From an uncultured Candidatus Solibacter sp. (GTDB taxonomy: Bacteria > Acidobacteriota > Terriglobia > Bryobacterales > Bryobacteraceae), in the NCBI GenBank assembly GCA_964604945.1, contig CAZSBK010000005.1:3185-67184 (forward strand): DNA of 64,000 nucleotides, written 5' to 3'. The position numbers were made by a program, and so were the translations under genes. How positions within the stretch are numbered: position 1 is the first letter of the stretch; every line of letters begins with the position of its first letter. Below, one piece after another: positions 49,994 to 60,419 of this stretch. Below the pieces are notes generated by a model that was given only the letters and a program-made list of their open reading frames with translations, searched no databases and was not told where the DNA came from.

Positions 49994-51495
49994 GCTTGCT
50001 CCTGATCGGCCGCGGGGAGGGTGACTTCCAGGCGGGCGCCGCCGGCGGCGCAATTGGTGGCGGTGATGGTCCCGCCGTATTGGTGAACGATGCCCTCGGC
50101 GACGGTCAACCCGAGGCCGGTTCCGCGGTCGTCGAGGCGGGTTGTCACAAATGCTTCGAAGATCTCGGGCAGAACCTCGGGCGGGATGCCGGGACCGTTG
50201 TCATCGACACGGATACTCCAGGCTTGGCGGTCACCGATCCGTGACTGGGCTGAGGTCACACGGACGCGCCCGCCAGGCGGGACGGCGTTGAGAGCATTCC
50301 TTAATAGGTTGACGAAGACCTGGACGAGGCGGTCCGAATTGCCGACGACTTGGGCCAGGGGATCAGTTTGGTTCAGGAAGTTCACTTCACCGGCCTTTTC
50401 GTCGATGGCCACAAGGTGCCAAGCTTCGTCGATCAGGGGCCGGACATGGATCGATTCGGTTTCGTGCCGCCTCACGCGGGCGAAATCCAGCAGGCCGGCG
50501 CTGATCGTGCGTAGACGTTCTGTGACACGGATCATCCTTTCAAGTCTTGCCTGTGCGCCCTGATCTTTCACTGTTTCCATCAACTTCTCAATTGAGCCGT
50601 GAAGGACGGCGAGCGGGGTATTCATCTCGTGAGCGACCCCGGCGGAGAGAAGGCCGAGCGAGGCTAGGCGATCCTGAGCTTCGAGATTTCGTTTGGCGGC
50701 TTCGAGCTGTTCGTTCTTCCTGCGGAGGTCGTGGGCGATGGATTCCAGACGGCGGAGGGCCTCTTCGAGGACGTCCTCCTGCATGCGGAGGGCTTCGACC
50801 GTGTCGTTGCGGGAGCGCATGATCTGGCCTACCTCGTCGCCGGGAATCAGCGGTTCGGGGACGATTTCGGCGCTGCGGTCGCCGCGGCGCGTGGCGGCAT
50901 CGGCCGCGAGAAAGAGTTGGATCGGCTGGTAGACATGCTTGGGCATGATGACCAACTCCAGCAGCAGGACGGCGAGGACGTAACATGCTCCGAGGACGGC
51001 GAACATGGCCAGTTTGATGCGGAACAGGATAGCGTCGTAGAACTCGATCGGTAGGGTGAGGCGGTAAAAGCGAGTATCGGAGCCTTCGACCAGTTTGTAG
51101 ATGGTGTCGGAGCGGGAGTCTCGCTGCCAGATTCTACCTGGGTATTTTCGCATCCACATTTGGGCGGCGTCAGGCAGACCGAATTCCGGTCCTGTGGCAG
51201 TCCGCAAGTCGTAGATGTGGAGTTCGCCTTCGCCGGAATCGGCGGTGAGGGCGGAGAAGGAAGTCCAAATGAGCGTCACTTCGCGAGTGCGGGCGGCGGC
51301 CAGGCGCTCTTCGACCAAAGGAACCAGGGAAAAGTATACGGCGAAGGTCAGAATCAGGAAGAAGAAGTTGTGAAGGACCATCAGCTTCGGGCGAACTCGG
51401 AGGTTGCTGAACCGCCGCCCAACGCCGGTGAGCGGCTCTGCCGGCAAAGAGGTTGCGACCTCTGGGGGGCGGGCAGCATCATTACGGTCTGACAA
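49990..51495 (-). CDS. Sensor histidine kinase (two TM helices, periplasmic loop, HAMP-like, HisKA, HATPase)
   Basis: LSAGVAHEMNTPL H-box. NLLRNALNA, DNGPGIP and GTGLGLTVA boxes. TTG start at 51495 is uncertain. Confidence 0.85.
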   Translation of the reverse strand: MSDRNDAARPPEVATSLPAEPLTGVGRRFSNLRVRPKLMVLHNFFFLILTFAVYFSLVPLVEERLAAARTREVTLIWTSFSALTADSGEGELHIYDLRTATGPEFGLPDAAQMWMRKYPGRIWQRDSRSDTIYKLVEGSDTRFYRLTLPIEFYDAILFRIKLAMFAVLGACYVLAVLLLELVIMPKHVYQPIQLFLAADAATRRGDRSAEIVPEPLIPGDEVGQIMRSRNDTVEALRMQEDVLEEALRRLESIAHDLRRKNEQLEAAKRNLEAQDRLASLGLLSAGVAHEMNTPLAVLHGSIEKLMETVKDQGAQARLERMIRVTERLRTISAGLLDFARVRRHETESIHVRPLIDEAWHLVAIDEKAGEVNFLNQTDPLAQVVGNSDRLVQVFVNLLRNALNAVPPGGRVRVTSAQSRIGDRQAWSIRVDDNGPGIPPEVLPEIFEAFVTTRLDDRGTGLGLTVAEGIVHQYGGTITATNCAAGGARLEVTLPAADQEQA

Positions 51496-51654
51496 GAATA
51501 AGTTCCCCTATTGCGGAATTCTTACGGCTATGGTAGAAAAGTTCTAATCCTCCCCGCCACAGGGGAGATCCGTCCGGACATGCACAACCTATCATGAACC
51601 GGATTGGCCCACAGAGGGGCGGCAAGGTTTCCAGAAGAGAAAGTACATTCGCCA

Positions 51655-52302
51655 ATGAGCGCCATCTTCTCAAAGAAGTTTGACACGACGTTGCGGCTGG
51701 CAGTGGCCGGGGTGGTACTGGTGCTGGCCGGAGCGGGCGGAGTGGCGGCCTATCTGCTTCATCCGAAGCAGGTTGACACGGGCTACACGCCGCATCAGCC
51801 GGTCCCATACAGCCACAAAGTCCATGCGGGCAACCTCGGGATGGACTGTTACTACTGCCACACAACGGTGGAAAAATCGAGCTTCGCCGCAGTGCCGCCG
51901 GCCGAGACGTGCATGAACTGCCACCACCGGGTGAGGGAGAAGAGTCCAAAGCTCCAAGTGGTGCGGGAGAGCTATTCGACGGGCCAGCCGATTCCGTGGG
52001 TGAAGGTCCACCGGCTGCCGGACTACGTTTATTTCAACCATCAGGCGCACGTGATCTCGGGCGTGAGCTGCGTTTCGTGCCACGGGCGGGTGGACCAGAT
52101 GGTGGAAGTGAAGCAGGTGCAGCCGCTATCGATGGCCTGGTGCCTGGATTGCCACCGGAATCCGGCGGGCAATATCCGTCCAGCCGAATTCGTCACCAAA
52201 CTGGACTGGGCGCCTGAGGGCGACCCGGTCGAACTTGGAATGAAGATCGTCCAGGCGAAGGGTATCAAACCTCCGACGAACTGCTCGGGGTGCCACCGCT
52301 AG
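51655..52302 (+). CDS. actA: Alternative Complex III pentahaem cytochrome c subunit ActA
   Basis: N-terminal TM anchor plus five CxxCH sites (CYYCH, CMNCH, CVSCH, CLDCH, CSGCH). Confidence 0.9.
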   Translation: MSAIFSKKFDTTLRLAVAGVVLVLAGAGGVAAYLLHPKQVDTGYTPHQPVPYSHKVHAGNLGMDCYYCHTTVEKSSFAAVPPAETCMNCHHRVREKSPKLQVVRESYSTGQPIPWVKVHRLPDYVYFNHQAHVISGVSCVSCHGRVDQMVEVKQVQPLSMAWCLDCHRNPAGNIRPAEFVTKLDWAPEGDPVELGMKIVQAKGIKPPTNCSGCHR

Positions 52303-52326
52303 GGCCGGGCGAAGGAACCAAAGTCG

Positions 52327-55302
52327 ATGAGCCAACTCGTTCAAATCAATCCAACGACAACCACTGGCAGGAAGTACTGGCGCAGCCTGGATCAACTGAC
52401 CGGCACGCCGGAGTTCAAGCAGTGGGTGGAGCGTGAGTTTCCGGAAGGGATCGAAGTGACTGGCGCATCACGCCGCAGCCTGTTGAAACTCATGGCCGCC
52501 AGCTTCGGCCTAGCGGGATTGGCCGCCTGCCGCCGCCCGGTGGAACACATCCTGCCACACGCAAAGGGGATAGAGGGCTTCGTTCACGGCAAGCCGTTGC
52601 ACTATGCGACCGTGGCGACTGTCGGGGGCGCGGCAACGGGCCTGATGATCGAGACGCATGAGGGACGTCCGACCAAGGTCGAGGGGAACGAGAAGCACCC
52701 GGCTTCGCTCGGTGCGACCTCGGCTCATATGCAGGCGCTGGTGCTGGCACTCTATGATCCGGATCGTGCCAAGGGCGTGAAGCGGGCCGGGGCGAGGTCG
52801 TCTTGGGATGAGTTCACGGCATGGGCGAAAGACGAGTTCTCGGCCGAAAAGCAGGGCGATGGGGCAGGGCTGAGGATTCTGGCCGAGCGGTCGTCGTCGC
52901 CGTCGTTGAAGAGCGTGCGCGGGGAGATCGCGAAGAAGTTCCCGAAAGCGCAATGGGTCGAATTCGATTCGGTGAACTTCGACAACGCCCGTCTGGGCGT
53001 GCAGATCGCCTTCGGGCAGCCGCTGGAAGCGCACTACGACTACAGCAAGGCCGATGTGGTGCTGGCGCTGGACGCTGATTTCCTGGGGCTGGACTCGCCG
53101 ACGATTCTGCCGGTGAAGCAGTTCTCGGCGAAGCGCCGGGTGACCGACTCCAAGTCGGAGATCAATCGGCTGTATGCAGCCGAGTCCAACTACAGCATGA
53201 CGGGCGCGATGGCCGATCACCGGCTACGGGTGCGGGCGTCGGACGTGGCTGCGCTGGCCCTGGCTGTGGCCAGGGAATTGAACATCGCGGGCGGCGAGTT
53301 GAAGATTCTTGGGCAATCGGGTTCGGGGTCGCAGGCCAAATTCGTGGCGGCAGTGGCGAAGGATCTGGCGAATCATAGGGGCAAGTCGATCGTCGTTGCC
53401 GGACCGAGGCAGCCGAAGGAAGTCCACGCGCTGGCGGCCCTGATCAACCAGGTGCTGGGCAACGTGGGCACGACGGTCAACTATACGGCGCCGGTCGTGG
53501 AAGTGAACGATTCGGTGGCGGCCGTGAAGCAGTTGACTTCCGAGCTGAACGCCGGCCAGGTGAAGACGCTGGTGGTGCTGGGCGGTAATCCGGCCTACAC
53601 GCTTCCGGCGGACCTGAAGTTCAAGGACGCCATGAAGAAGGCGGGTTCGACTGTCGTCCTCGCAGCCGAAGAGAACGAGACCTGGGCCGCGGCGCAATGG
53701 CAACTTCCAGAGGCGCATGTGTTCGAAGCCTGGGGCGATGCGCGGGCGCTGGACGGCACAATTTCCATCCAGCAGCCGATGGTGGCGCCGCTGTACTACG
53801 GCAAGCCGGCGCTGGAAGTGGCGGCGATGGTGGCGGGTCTGGAGAATGCCAATGCCTACGATGTCGTGAAGTCATTTTGGGCGGCCAAGTGGGGCGCGGC
53901 GGCGGATAAGACCTGGAAGCTGTCGCTTTACAACGGATTTGTTGAAGGGACGAAGCTGGAGCAGGCCAACGCCACGGCGGATATCGCCAAGGTCTATGCG
54001 GCGATCGCTCCCGCGCTGCAGGCCGCGCCGGCCGGTATCGAGGTGACGTTCCACCCAGGCCACTCGACCTGGGATGGACGGTTTGCCAACAGCGCCTGGA
54101 TGCAGGAAGCGCCGGACCCGATGACGAAGGTGGTCTGGGACAACGCGGCGCTGATGTCGCAGGCGACGGCCGACAAATTAAGCGTGAAGAACGGCAGCGT
54201 CGTTAACGTCAGCGCGTACGGGTATGGCAGCGATGTCGCAGTGATGGTCATGCCGGGCCATGCCGACGATTCGATCTCTCTGACGCTAGGTTACGGCCGG
54301 GCGGCTTGCGGGCGGGTCGGTCGCGGCGTCGGGCACAGAGTGGAAGGCATCCGCACGACGGGCGGGTTCCACATCGCGCAGGCGTCGGTGAAGCCGAATG
54401 GCAACACCTACAAGCTGGTGACCACGCAGGAACACCACACCCTGGAAGAGCCCATCACGCACAAGCTTCGCCCCATCGTCCTCGAAGCGACGATGGAGGA
54501 GTACGCCCACCACCCTGACCATTTCGAACACGCCGTCCATGTCCCGGAAGTTGTGAACATGTTCGAGCAGTTCGAATGGAAAGGCCAGCAGTGGGGCATG
54601 GCGATCGATTTGAACTCCTGCACGGGCTGCAACGCCTGCCTTGTGGCCTGCCAGGCCGAAAACAACATACCGGTTGTCGGCAAGGAGCAGGTGGGCAAGG
54701 GCCGCGAGATGCACTGGATCCGGCTCGATCGCTACTTCACCGGCGAGCTGGACGACCCGCAGGTGGTCAATCAACCGATGGCCTGCGTGCAGTGTGAAAA
54801 CGCGCCATGCGAAAGCGTCTGTCCGGTGGCAGCAACGACGCATTCGCCCGAGGGCCTGAACGACATGGCTTACAACCGCTGCGTTGGCACCCGCTACTGT
54901 GCCAACAACTGCCCGTACAAGGTCCGCCGCTTCAACTTCCTGAACTGGAACAAGGACCTGGAAGAAGCGCAGAAGATGGTCTTCAACCCTGACGTCACGG
55001 TGCGCATGCGCGGCGTGATGGAGAAGTGCAACTACTGCGTCCAGCGCATTCAGGAAAAGCGGATCGAGACCAAGGCCAACAATCGCGCCGAGATGAAAGA
55101 CGGCGACGTGAAGTCGGCTTGCCAGCAGGCCTGCCCCGCCGAAGCGATCGTCTTCGGCAACATTAACGACCCGCAGAGCCGGGTCGCGCAGATGAAGAAG
55201 CAGCAACGCGACTACATCCTGCTCGAAGAACTGAATATCAAACCGCGCACCAGCTATCTCGGCAAGCTGCGCAATCCCAACCCGGAGCTGACTCATGGCT
55301 GA
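52327..55302 (+). CDS. actB: Alternative Complex III ActB (fused molybdopterin-oxidoreductase-like B1 and 4Fe-4S ferredoxin B2), Tat leader
   Basis: 991 aa. [21 protein letters not shown] leader. C-terminal [49 protein letters not shown], and CNYC...CQQACP clusters. Confidence 0.9.
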   Translation: MSQLVQINPTTTTGRKYWRSLDQLTGTPEFKQWVEREFPEGIEVTGASRRSLLKLMAASFGLAGLAACRRPVEHILPHAKGIEGFVHGKPLHYATVATVGGAATGLMIETHEGRPTKVEGNEKHPASLGATSAHMQALVLALYDPDRAKGVKRAGARSSWDEFTAWAKDEFSAEKQGDGAGLRILAERSSSPSLKSVRGEIAKKFPKAQWVEFDSVNFDNARLGVQIAFGQPLEAHYDYSKADVVLALDADFLGLDSPTILPVKQFSAKRRVTDSKSEINRLYAAESNYSMTGAMADHRLRVRASDVAALALAVARELNIAGGELKILGQSGSGSQAKFVAAVAKDLANHRGKSIVVAGPRQPKEVHALAALINQVLGNVGTTVNYTAPVVEVNDSVAAVKQLTSELNAGQVKTLVVLGGNPAYTLPADLKFKDAMKKAGSTVVLAAEENETWAAAQWQLPEAHVFEAWGDARALDGTISIQQPMVAPLYYGKPALEVAAMVAGLENANAYDVVKSFWAAKWGAAADKTWKLSLYNGFVEGTKLEQANATADIAKVYAAIAPALQAAPAGIEVTFHPGHSTWDGRFANSAWMQEAPDPMTKVVWDNAALMSQATADKLSVKNGSVVNVSAYGYGSDVAVMVMPGHADDSISLTLGYGRAACGRVGRGVGHRVEGIRTTGGFHIAQASVKPNGNTYKLVTTQEHHTLEEPITHKLRPIVLEATMEEYAHHPDHFEHAVHVPEVVNMFEQFEWKGQQWGMAIDLNSCTGCNACLVACQAENNIPVVGKEQVGKGREMHWIRLDRYFTGELDDPQVVNQPMACVQCENAPCESVCPVAATTHSPEGLNDMAYNRCVGTRYCANNCPYKVRRFNFLNWNKDLEEAQKMVFNPDVTVRMRGVMEKCNYCVQRIQEKRIETKANNRAEMKDGDVKSACQQACPAEAIVFGNINDPQSRVAQMKKQQRDYILLEELNIKPRTSYLGKLRNPNPELTHG

Positions 55303-56680
55303 TCTCGCCCTCGATCCCCGCGCCGAACTCAATCCCACCCTGATTCAGGGCGACGCGTCGTATGGGAGCGTCACGGACAACATCAGCATCATCACCGAAT
55401 CGAAGCCGCCCAGGCAGTGGTATTACGCCATGGCCGTGGCGATTCCGCTGGCCGGGCTGCTGTTCTTCTGCCTTGGCTACCTGGTGATGAACGGCATCGG
55501 CGTGTGGGGCAACAACTCGCCTGTAGGCTGGGGCTGGGACATCACGAACTTCGTGTGGTGGATCGGCATCGGTCACGCCGGAACGCTGATCTCGGCCATT
55601 CTCTTCCTGTTCCGCCAGAAGTGGCGGACATCGATCAACCGCGCAGCCGAGGCGATGACGCTGTTTGCCGTGGCCTGCGCGGGCATTTACCCGCTGTTTC
55701 ATACGGGCCGTCCGTGGCGCGCCGCGTACTGGCTATTCCCGATGCCGAACGAACTGTTGACTATGTGGCAAAACTTCCGTTCACCTTTGATGTGGGACGT
55801 TTTCGCTGTTTCGACCTACGCCACAGTGTCGGCACTGTTCTGGTATGTCGGCCTGGTCCCCGACCTAGCGACGCTGCGCGATCGGGCCAAGGGCCTTCGC
55901 CAGCAGATCTTCGGCATCCTGAGCATGGGCTGGCGCGGATCGGCGCGGCAGTGGAAGCACTACGAGCTGGCGTACCTGATCCTGGCGGGCCTTTCGACGC
56001 CGCTGGTGCTGTCAGTGCACTCGATCGTTTCGTTCGACTTCGCCACATCGGTGATTCCCGGCTGGCACACGACGATCTTCCCGCCCTATTTCGTCGCCGG
56101 CGCGATTTTCTCTGGATTCGCCATGGTGATCACGTTGATGGTGCTCGCGCGCTGGGTCTACAACCTGCAGCATCTGATCACGATCAAGCACCTGGAGAAC
56201 ATGTGTAAGGTGATTCTGGCGACGGGCATGATTGTGGGGTTCGCTTACGGGACCGAATTCTTCATCGCCTGGTACAGCGCCAACCAGTATGAGAAGTTCG
56301 CTTTCCTGAACAGGGCGTTCGGGCCGTATGCGTGGGCGTACTGGTCGATGATCACGTGCAACGTGATCTCGCCGCAGTTTTTCTGGTTCAAGAAGGTGCG
56401 CACATCGATTCCGGCGATGTTCATCCTGGCAATCTTCATCAACATCGGCATGTGGTTCGAGCGCTTTGTCATCATCGCCACGTCGCTGCACCGCGATTTC
56501 CTGCCTTCGTCGTGGGGTTACTTCCAGCCGACCTGGGTCGATATTGGAACCTTTGTCGGGACGATGGGCCTGTTCCTGACGCTGTTCCTGCTGTTCCTGC
56601 GCTTCCTTCCAGCCATCGCCATCAGCGAAGTGAAGGGCGTGCTGCACAACCAGTTCGTCTCCCAGAAAGGAGGCCACTAG
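55295..56680 (+). CDS. actC: Alternative Complex III membrane subunit ActC (NrfD/PsrC-like)
   Basis: 461 aa polytopic protein. [26 protein letters not shown] is the typical NrfD-family motif. Overlaps the actB stop. Confidence 0.9.
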   Translation: MADLALDPRAELNPTLIQGDASYGSVTDNISIITESKPPRQWYYAMAVAIPLAGLLFFCLGYLVMNGIGVWGNNSPVGWGWDITNFVWWIGIGHAGTLISAILFLFRQKWRTSINRAAEAMTLFAVACAGIYPLFHTGRPWRAAYWLFPMPNELLTMWQNFRSPLMWDVFAVSTYATVSALFWYVGLVPDLATLRDRAKGLRQQIFGILSMGWRGSARQWKHYELAYLILAGLSTPLVLSVHSIVSFDFATSVIPGWHTTIFPPYFVAGAIFSGFAMVITLMVLARWVYNLQHLITIKHLENMCKVILATGMIVGFAYGTEFFIAWYSANQYEKFAFLNRAFGPYAWAYWSMITCNVISPQFFWFKKVRTSIPAMFILAIFINIGMWFERFVIIATSLHRDFLPSSWGYFQPTWVDIGTFVGTMGLFLTLFLLFLRFLPAIAISEVKGVLHNQFVSQKGGH

Positions 56681-56683
56681 AAA

Positions 56684-57267
56684 TGGCCGATCTTCTCGAC
56701 AAGCTGCCTCTGCCGGCTTTCCTCAGGCCCGCTGAAACGGGGCCGCACTACGGCGTGATGGGCGACTTCGACTCGCCTGAGGCGCTGTTGCGCGCGATCC
56801 GGACGGCGCGCACGGCCGGCTACACGAAGCTGGAGGCGTACACGCCATTCCCGATCCATGGCATCGACGACGCCATGGGCGAGCCGCGCTCGCCGCTGGG
56901 CAGGATCGTCATCGCCTGCGCCCTGGCCGGCCTGACGCTGGCCGTGGTGCTGCAATGGTGGACCGGCGCGGTGGATTACCCCCTTATCATCGCCGGCAAG
57001 CCGCTTTTCGCCGTTCAGCCGTCCATCCCCATCATGTTCGAATTGAGTGTACTGCTGGGCGCGTTCGGCGCGGTGATCGGCATGTTTGCGCTGAATAAGC
57101 TGCCGACCTACTACCACCCGGCGTTCAAGTTTTCGCGCTGGGCCGGCGCCACCAACGACCGTTTTCTCCTGGCTGTCGAGGCCAGCGATCCTAAATTCAA
57201 CGCAGACGAGGTCCAGTTGCTGATGGACTCGCTTGGCAGCCGATGCACCGAGTTGGTGGAGGCATAG
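56684..57267 (+). CDS. actD: Alternative Complex III subunit ActD (DUF3341-like)
   Basis: MADLLDK...YGVMGDFDSPEALLRAIRTARTAGYTKLEAYTPFPIHG followed by two TM helices. AAGGAGG RBS before ATG 56684. Confidence 0.8.
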
Positions 57268-57273
57268 AGAGAA

Positions 57274-57918
57274 GTGAAGACAAGCTCCATCGAACCGAAT
57301 CTGCTCCGATCGAACCGCCGCACGGCGCTACTGCTGGCCGTTGCAACGCTCGGCCTGCTCCAGGCCGCCTGCTCGAACTTCACCACGCGCGAACCACCCG
57401 TCTGGGTCTGGTCCGACATGAAGAAGCAGGACAAATACAAGGCGCAGGCCGAAAGCCAGTTCTTCGCCGACGGCCGCGCCTCGCGCCGCCTGGTGGAAGG
57501 CACCGTCGCCCAGGAGCTCTACAAGGCCGATGTGCCTCGCGCGACTGGGATTGAAGAAAACGGAAATTACGTGGCCCGCAATCCGCTGCCGCTGAGCAAA
57601 GAGGTTCTGCTCCGCGGGCAGCAGCGCTTCGACATCTACTGCGCTCCGTGTCACGACCGGACCGGCTCGGGCCGAGGCCCGATCCCGGCCAAGACGGTCT
57701 GGATCCCAGGAAACCTGCACGATCCGCGCATCGTGAACATGGTGGACGGCGAGCTCTATCACGTCGCCTCGATGGGCCGCCGAAGCATGCCCGGTTACCG
57801 GTTCCAGGTCACCGAAGACGACCGTTGGGCCATCGTTGCTTACGTCCGGGCGCTGCAACGCGCCTCGCTATCCACGGTTGCCGACGTGCCGGCCGGCATG
57901 CAGGAAAAGGTGAAATAG
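57274..57918 (+). CDS. actE: Alternative Complex III monohaem cytochrome c lipoprotein ActE
   Basis: Lipobox LGLLQAAC. Single CAPCH haem site. MPGY distal Met region. GTG start. Confidence 0.8.
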   Translation: MKTSSIEPNLLRSNRRTALLLAVATLGLLQAACSNFTTREPPVWVWSDMKKQDKYKAQAESQFFADGRASRRLVEGTVAQELYKADVPRATGIEENGNYVARNPLPLSKEVLLRGQQRFDIYCAPCHDRTGSGRGPIPAKTVWIPGNLHDPRIVNMVDGELYHVASMGRRSMPGYRFQVTEDDRWAIVAYVRALQRASLSTVADVPAGMQEKVK

Positions 57919-57920
57919 CC

Positions 57921-59129
57921 ATGTCTTACACGCATCACGACTCCGCACTGCCGCACGAGAGCGTCTTCCTTAAGCCCGAATTCTGGACGCGGGTCCGTAA
58001 CTCGATCGCCTTCGCCGCGCTCGCCGGCTGGCTCGCCCTGGGCGCCGGATTCGCCCTGAACCGCGAGCAGTTCCATTTTTCGTATCTGGTCGCCTTCGTC
58101 TTTTGCGTGTCCATCCTGCTGGGCGCGTTGTTCTATGTTCAGATCCAGCATTTGACCGGTTCGGCCTGGAGCGTCACCGTCCGCCGGCTGATGGAAACGC
58201 TTATGCGCTCCATCCCGGCCGGGCTGATCCTGTTTGTCCCGATCGCCTTCGGAATTCATTCGGTCTATGAATGGAGCCACACCTCGGCCGCATCGGACCC
58301 GATCCTGTCCCAAAAGGCCAGCTTCCTGAACTCGGCCAGCTTCATTATCCGTAGCTTCGTCGTTCTGGCACTGTGGAGCATCTGGGCCGTGAAGCTCTAT
58401 TCCCTGTCGCGCCGCCAGGACGATTCCGGTTCGCTCGAATACACGAAATCGGCGGAAAAGTGGAGCGCTCCGGGCGTACTCATCCTCTTTCTGTCGGCCT
58501 CGCTGGCCTCGTTTGACTGGATCATGTCGCTGGACCCGCACTGGTGGTCGACCATGTTCGGCGTCTATTTCCTGGCTGGCGGCGCCGTCGGCTTCATGGC
58601 TGTCCTGATTGCCATTTGCCTGGGCCTGCGTAACGCCGGTTACCTGGTGGAGGCGATCAACGAGGAGCACTACCACGACCTGGGCAAGTGGCTTTTCGCG
58701 CTGACCGTGTTCTGGGCTTACGTCGCGTTTTCGCAGTACATGCTCATCTGGTATGGCAACCTGCCCGAGGAGGGCATCTGGTACCACCGCCGGATGGCGG
58801 GATCGTGGTCGGCTTTCATGCCGCTGCTGATCGTGGGCCACTTCATCGTGCCGTTCTTCACGCTCATGCCGAGGGAGAACAAGCGAAACCTGAAGGTACT
58901 GGGTTTCTTTGCCGGCTGGATGCTGGTGATGCATTACTGCGACCTGTACTGGCAGATCATGCCCGTGCTGCACAAAACCGGAGCCGTCTTCCACTGGATC
59001 GACCTGGCCGCCCTGGTGGCTGTCTCGTCGACGTTTGCGTTGGTGTTCTGGTCGGGTTTGAGGGAACGTCCGCTGACGCCGCTGGCCGACCCGAGGCTGG
59101 ACCAGTGCCTGGGCTTCCATAACGCCTGA
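57921..59129 (+). CDS. actF: Alternative Complex III membrane subunit ActF
   Basis: 402 aa polytopic membrane protein immediately after actE. The position and topology match ActF. Confidence 0.8.
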   Translation: MSYTHHDSALPHESVFLKPEFWTRVRNSIAFAALAGWLALGAGFALNREQFHFSYLVAFVFCVSILLGALFYVQIQHLTGSAWSVTVRRLMETLMRSIPAGLILFVPIAFGIHSVYEWSHTSAASDPILSQKASFLNSASFIIRSFVVLALWSIWAVKLYSLSRRQDDSGSLEYTKSAEKWSAPGVLILFLSASLASFDWIMSLDPHWWSTMFGVYFLAGGAVGFMAVLIAICLGLRNAGYLVEAINEEHYHDLGKWLFALTVFWAYVAFSQYMLIWYGNLPEEGIWYHRRMAGSWSAFMPLLIVGHFIVPFFTLMPRENKRNLKVLGFFAGWMLVMHYCDLYWQIMPVLHKTGAVFHWIDLAALVAVSSTFALVFWSGLRERPLTPLADPRLDQCLGFHNA

Positions 59130-59152
59130 TCGCGGGGAAAGGAACCTTCAAC

Positions 59153-59611
59153 ATGCCGGAAGAAATCAATCAGCCGCAAACGCCCAGCGAGGAACAGGGA
59201 TTTGACCGCCGCGACGCGCGCCCCGGAATGGTCGCGCTGGTTTCTGGCTTGACCGTGACGCTGCTAGCGGTCTTCGTGATCGGGACCTACTGGTTGTATC
59301 AGGTCTATTTCGAGAGCGTCGAGCAGGAAGTCTACACCGGAGTCACAAGCAAGGAATTGATTGCGATTCGTGAGCGCGAGGACGCGCATCTATACAGGTA
59401 CGCCCTGATCGACAAGCAGAAGGGCGTGGTCCGCATCCCGATCGACCGTGCCATGGAAATCGTGGCCGCCGAATTCGCTCAGGGTAAGGTCTTCTACAAC
59501 ACGGCCACATATGCCGCAAAACCCGAGCCCGCCGGTGGAGCCGCCGCGCCTGTCCAAGCCCCAGCTGTTGTCCAAAAGGTGGAAAATGCCAAAACTGCTC
59601 CAGCCCATTAG
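59153..59611 (+). CDS. Single-TM membrane protein of unknown function between actF and sco1
   Basis: 152 aa. One TM helix (MVALVSGLTVTLLAVFVIGTYWLY), then a soluble domain and an Ala/Pro-rich tail. Overlaps the SCO1 start by 26 nt. Confidence 0.55.
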   Translation: MPEEINQPQTPSEEQGFDRRDARPGMVALVSGLTVTLLAVFVIGTYWLYQVYFESVEQEVYTGVTSKELIAIREREDAHLYRYALIDKQKGVVRIPIDRAMEIVAAEFAQGKVFYNTATYAAKPEPAGGAAAPVQAPAVVQKVENAKTAPAH

Positions 59612-60419
59612 TATCGCGGCCCTGGCGCTGATGTTATTGGCCCTTGCCGCGCCCGCGCAGGTGACCGGGGAACAGACCCCGCCGGAGCTTTCAGGCGTCC
59701 AGGTGGACGAACACCTCGGCGCACAGCTCGATCTCGACCTCCAGTTTACGGCCGAGGACGGCTACCAGCATCCTCTGCGTGAGTACTTCGCCTCGGGCCG
59801 GCCGGTGATCCTGAACCTGGTCTATTACACCTGCCCGATGCTCTGCAATCTGGTCCTCAACGGGCAGGTAGCTGCGCTGCGCAAGATCGACTGGACGCCC
59901 GGCAAGGAGTATGAGATCGTCACCATCTCGATCGATCCCACCGAAAACTACGCCATCGCCCGGTCAAAGAAAGCCACCTACCTTGAATCCTACGCCCGCC
60001 CGGCCCCCGGCTGGCATTTCCTGACCGACTACAACGGATCAGTGGCCCGGCTCGCTAAACAGGTTGGCTTCAATTACAAGCTGGATGAAAAGACAGGCCA
60101 ATACGCACATCCGGCCGTGATCTACGCAATCACGCCCGAAGGCAAGGTCAGCCGCTACCTCTACGGCATCAACTTCAAGCCCTTCGACATCCGCCTGGCT
60201 CTGGCCGAAGCGGCCAAAGGCAAGTCCGGCATGTCGGCCGAGAAGTTCCTGCTCTATTGCTTCCACTACGACCCGGCGGCGAAGAGCTACACCCTGTTTG
60301 CCCGCAACGTCATGCGTTTCGGCGGCGCGGCCTCGCTGCTCGTGCTCGGTTTCATCCTATTCGGTCTCTGGAGGCGTGAACGCGCGTCTTCCACCCATCT
60401 CATGGTGAATGTGAAATGA
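59586..60419 (+). CDS. SCO1/SenC-family copper chaperone
   Basis: Signal peptide MPKLLQPISIAALALMLLALAAPAQ. Thioredoxin-fold CPMLC (CxxxC) and downstream His (YAHPAVIY). C-terminal TM anchor. Confidence 0.85.
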   Translation: MPKLLQPISIAALALMLLALAAPAQVTGEQTPPELSGVQVDEHLGAQLDLDLQFTAEDGYQHPLREYFASGRPVILNLVYYTCPMLCNLVLNGQVAALRKIDWTPGKEYEIVTISIDPTENYAIARSKKATYLESYARPAPGWHFLTDYNGSVARLAKQVGFNYKLDEKTGQYAHPAVIYAITPEGKVSRYLYGINFKPFDIRLALAEAAKGKSGMSAEKFLLYCFHYDPAAKSYTLFARNVMRFGGAASLLVLGFILFGLWRRERASSTHLMVNVK

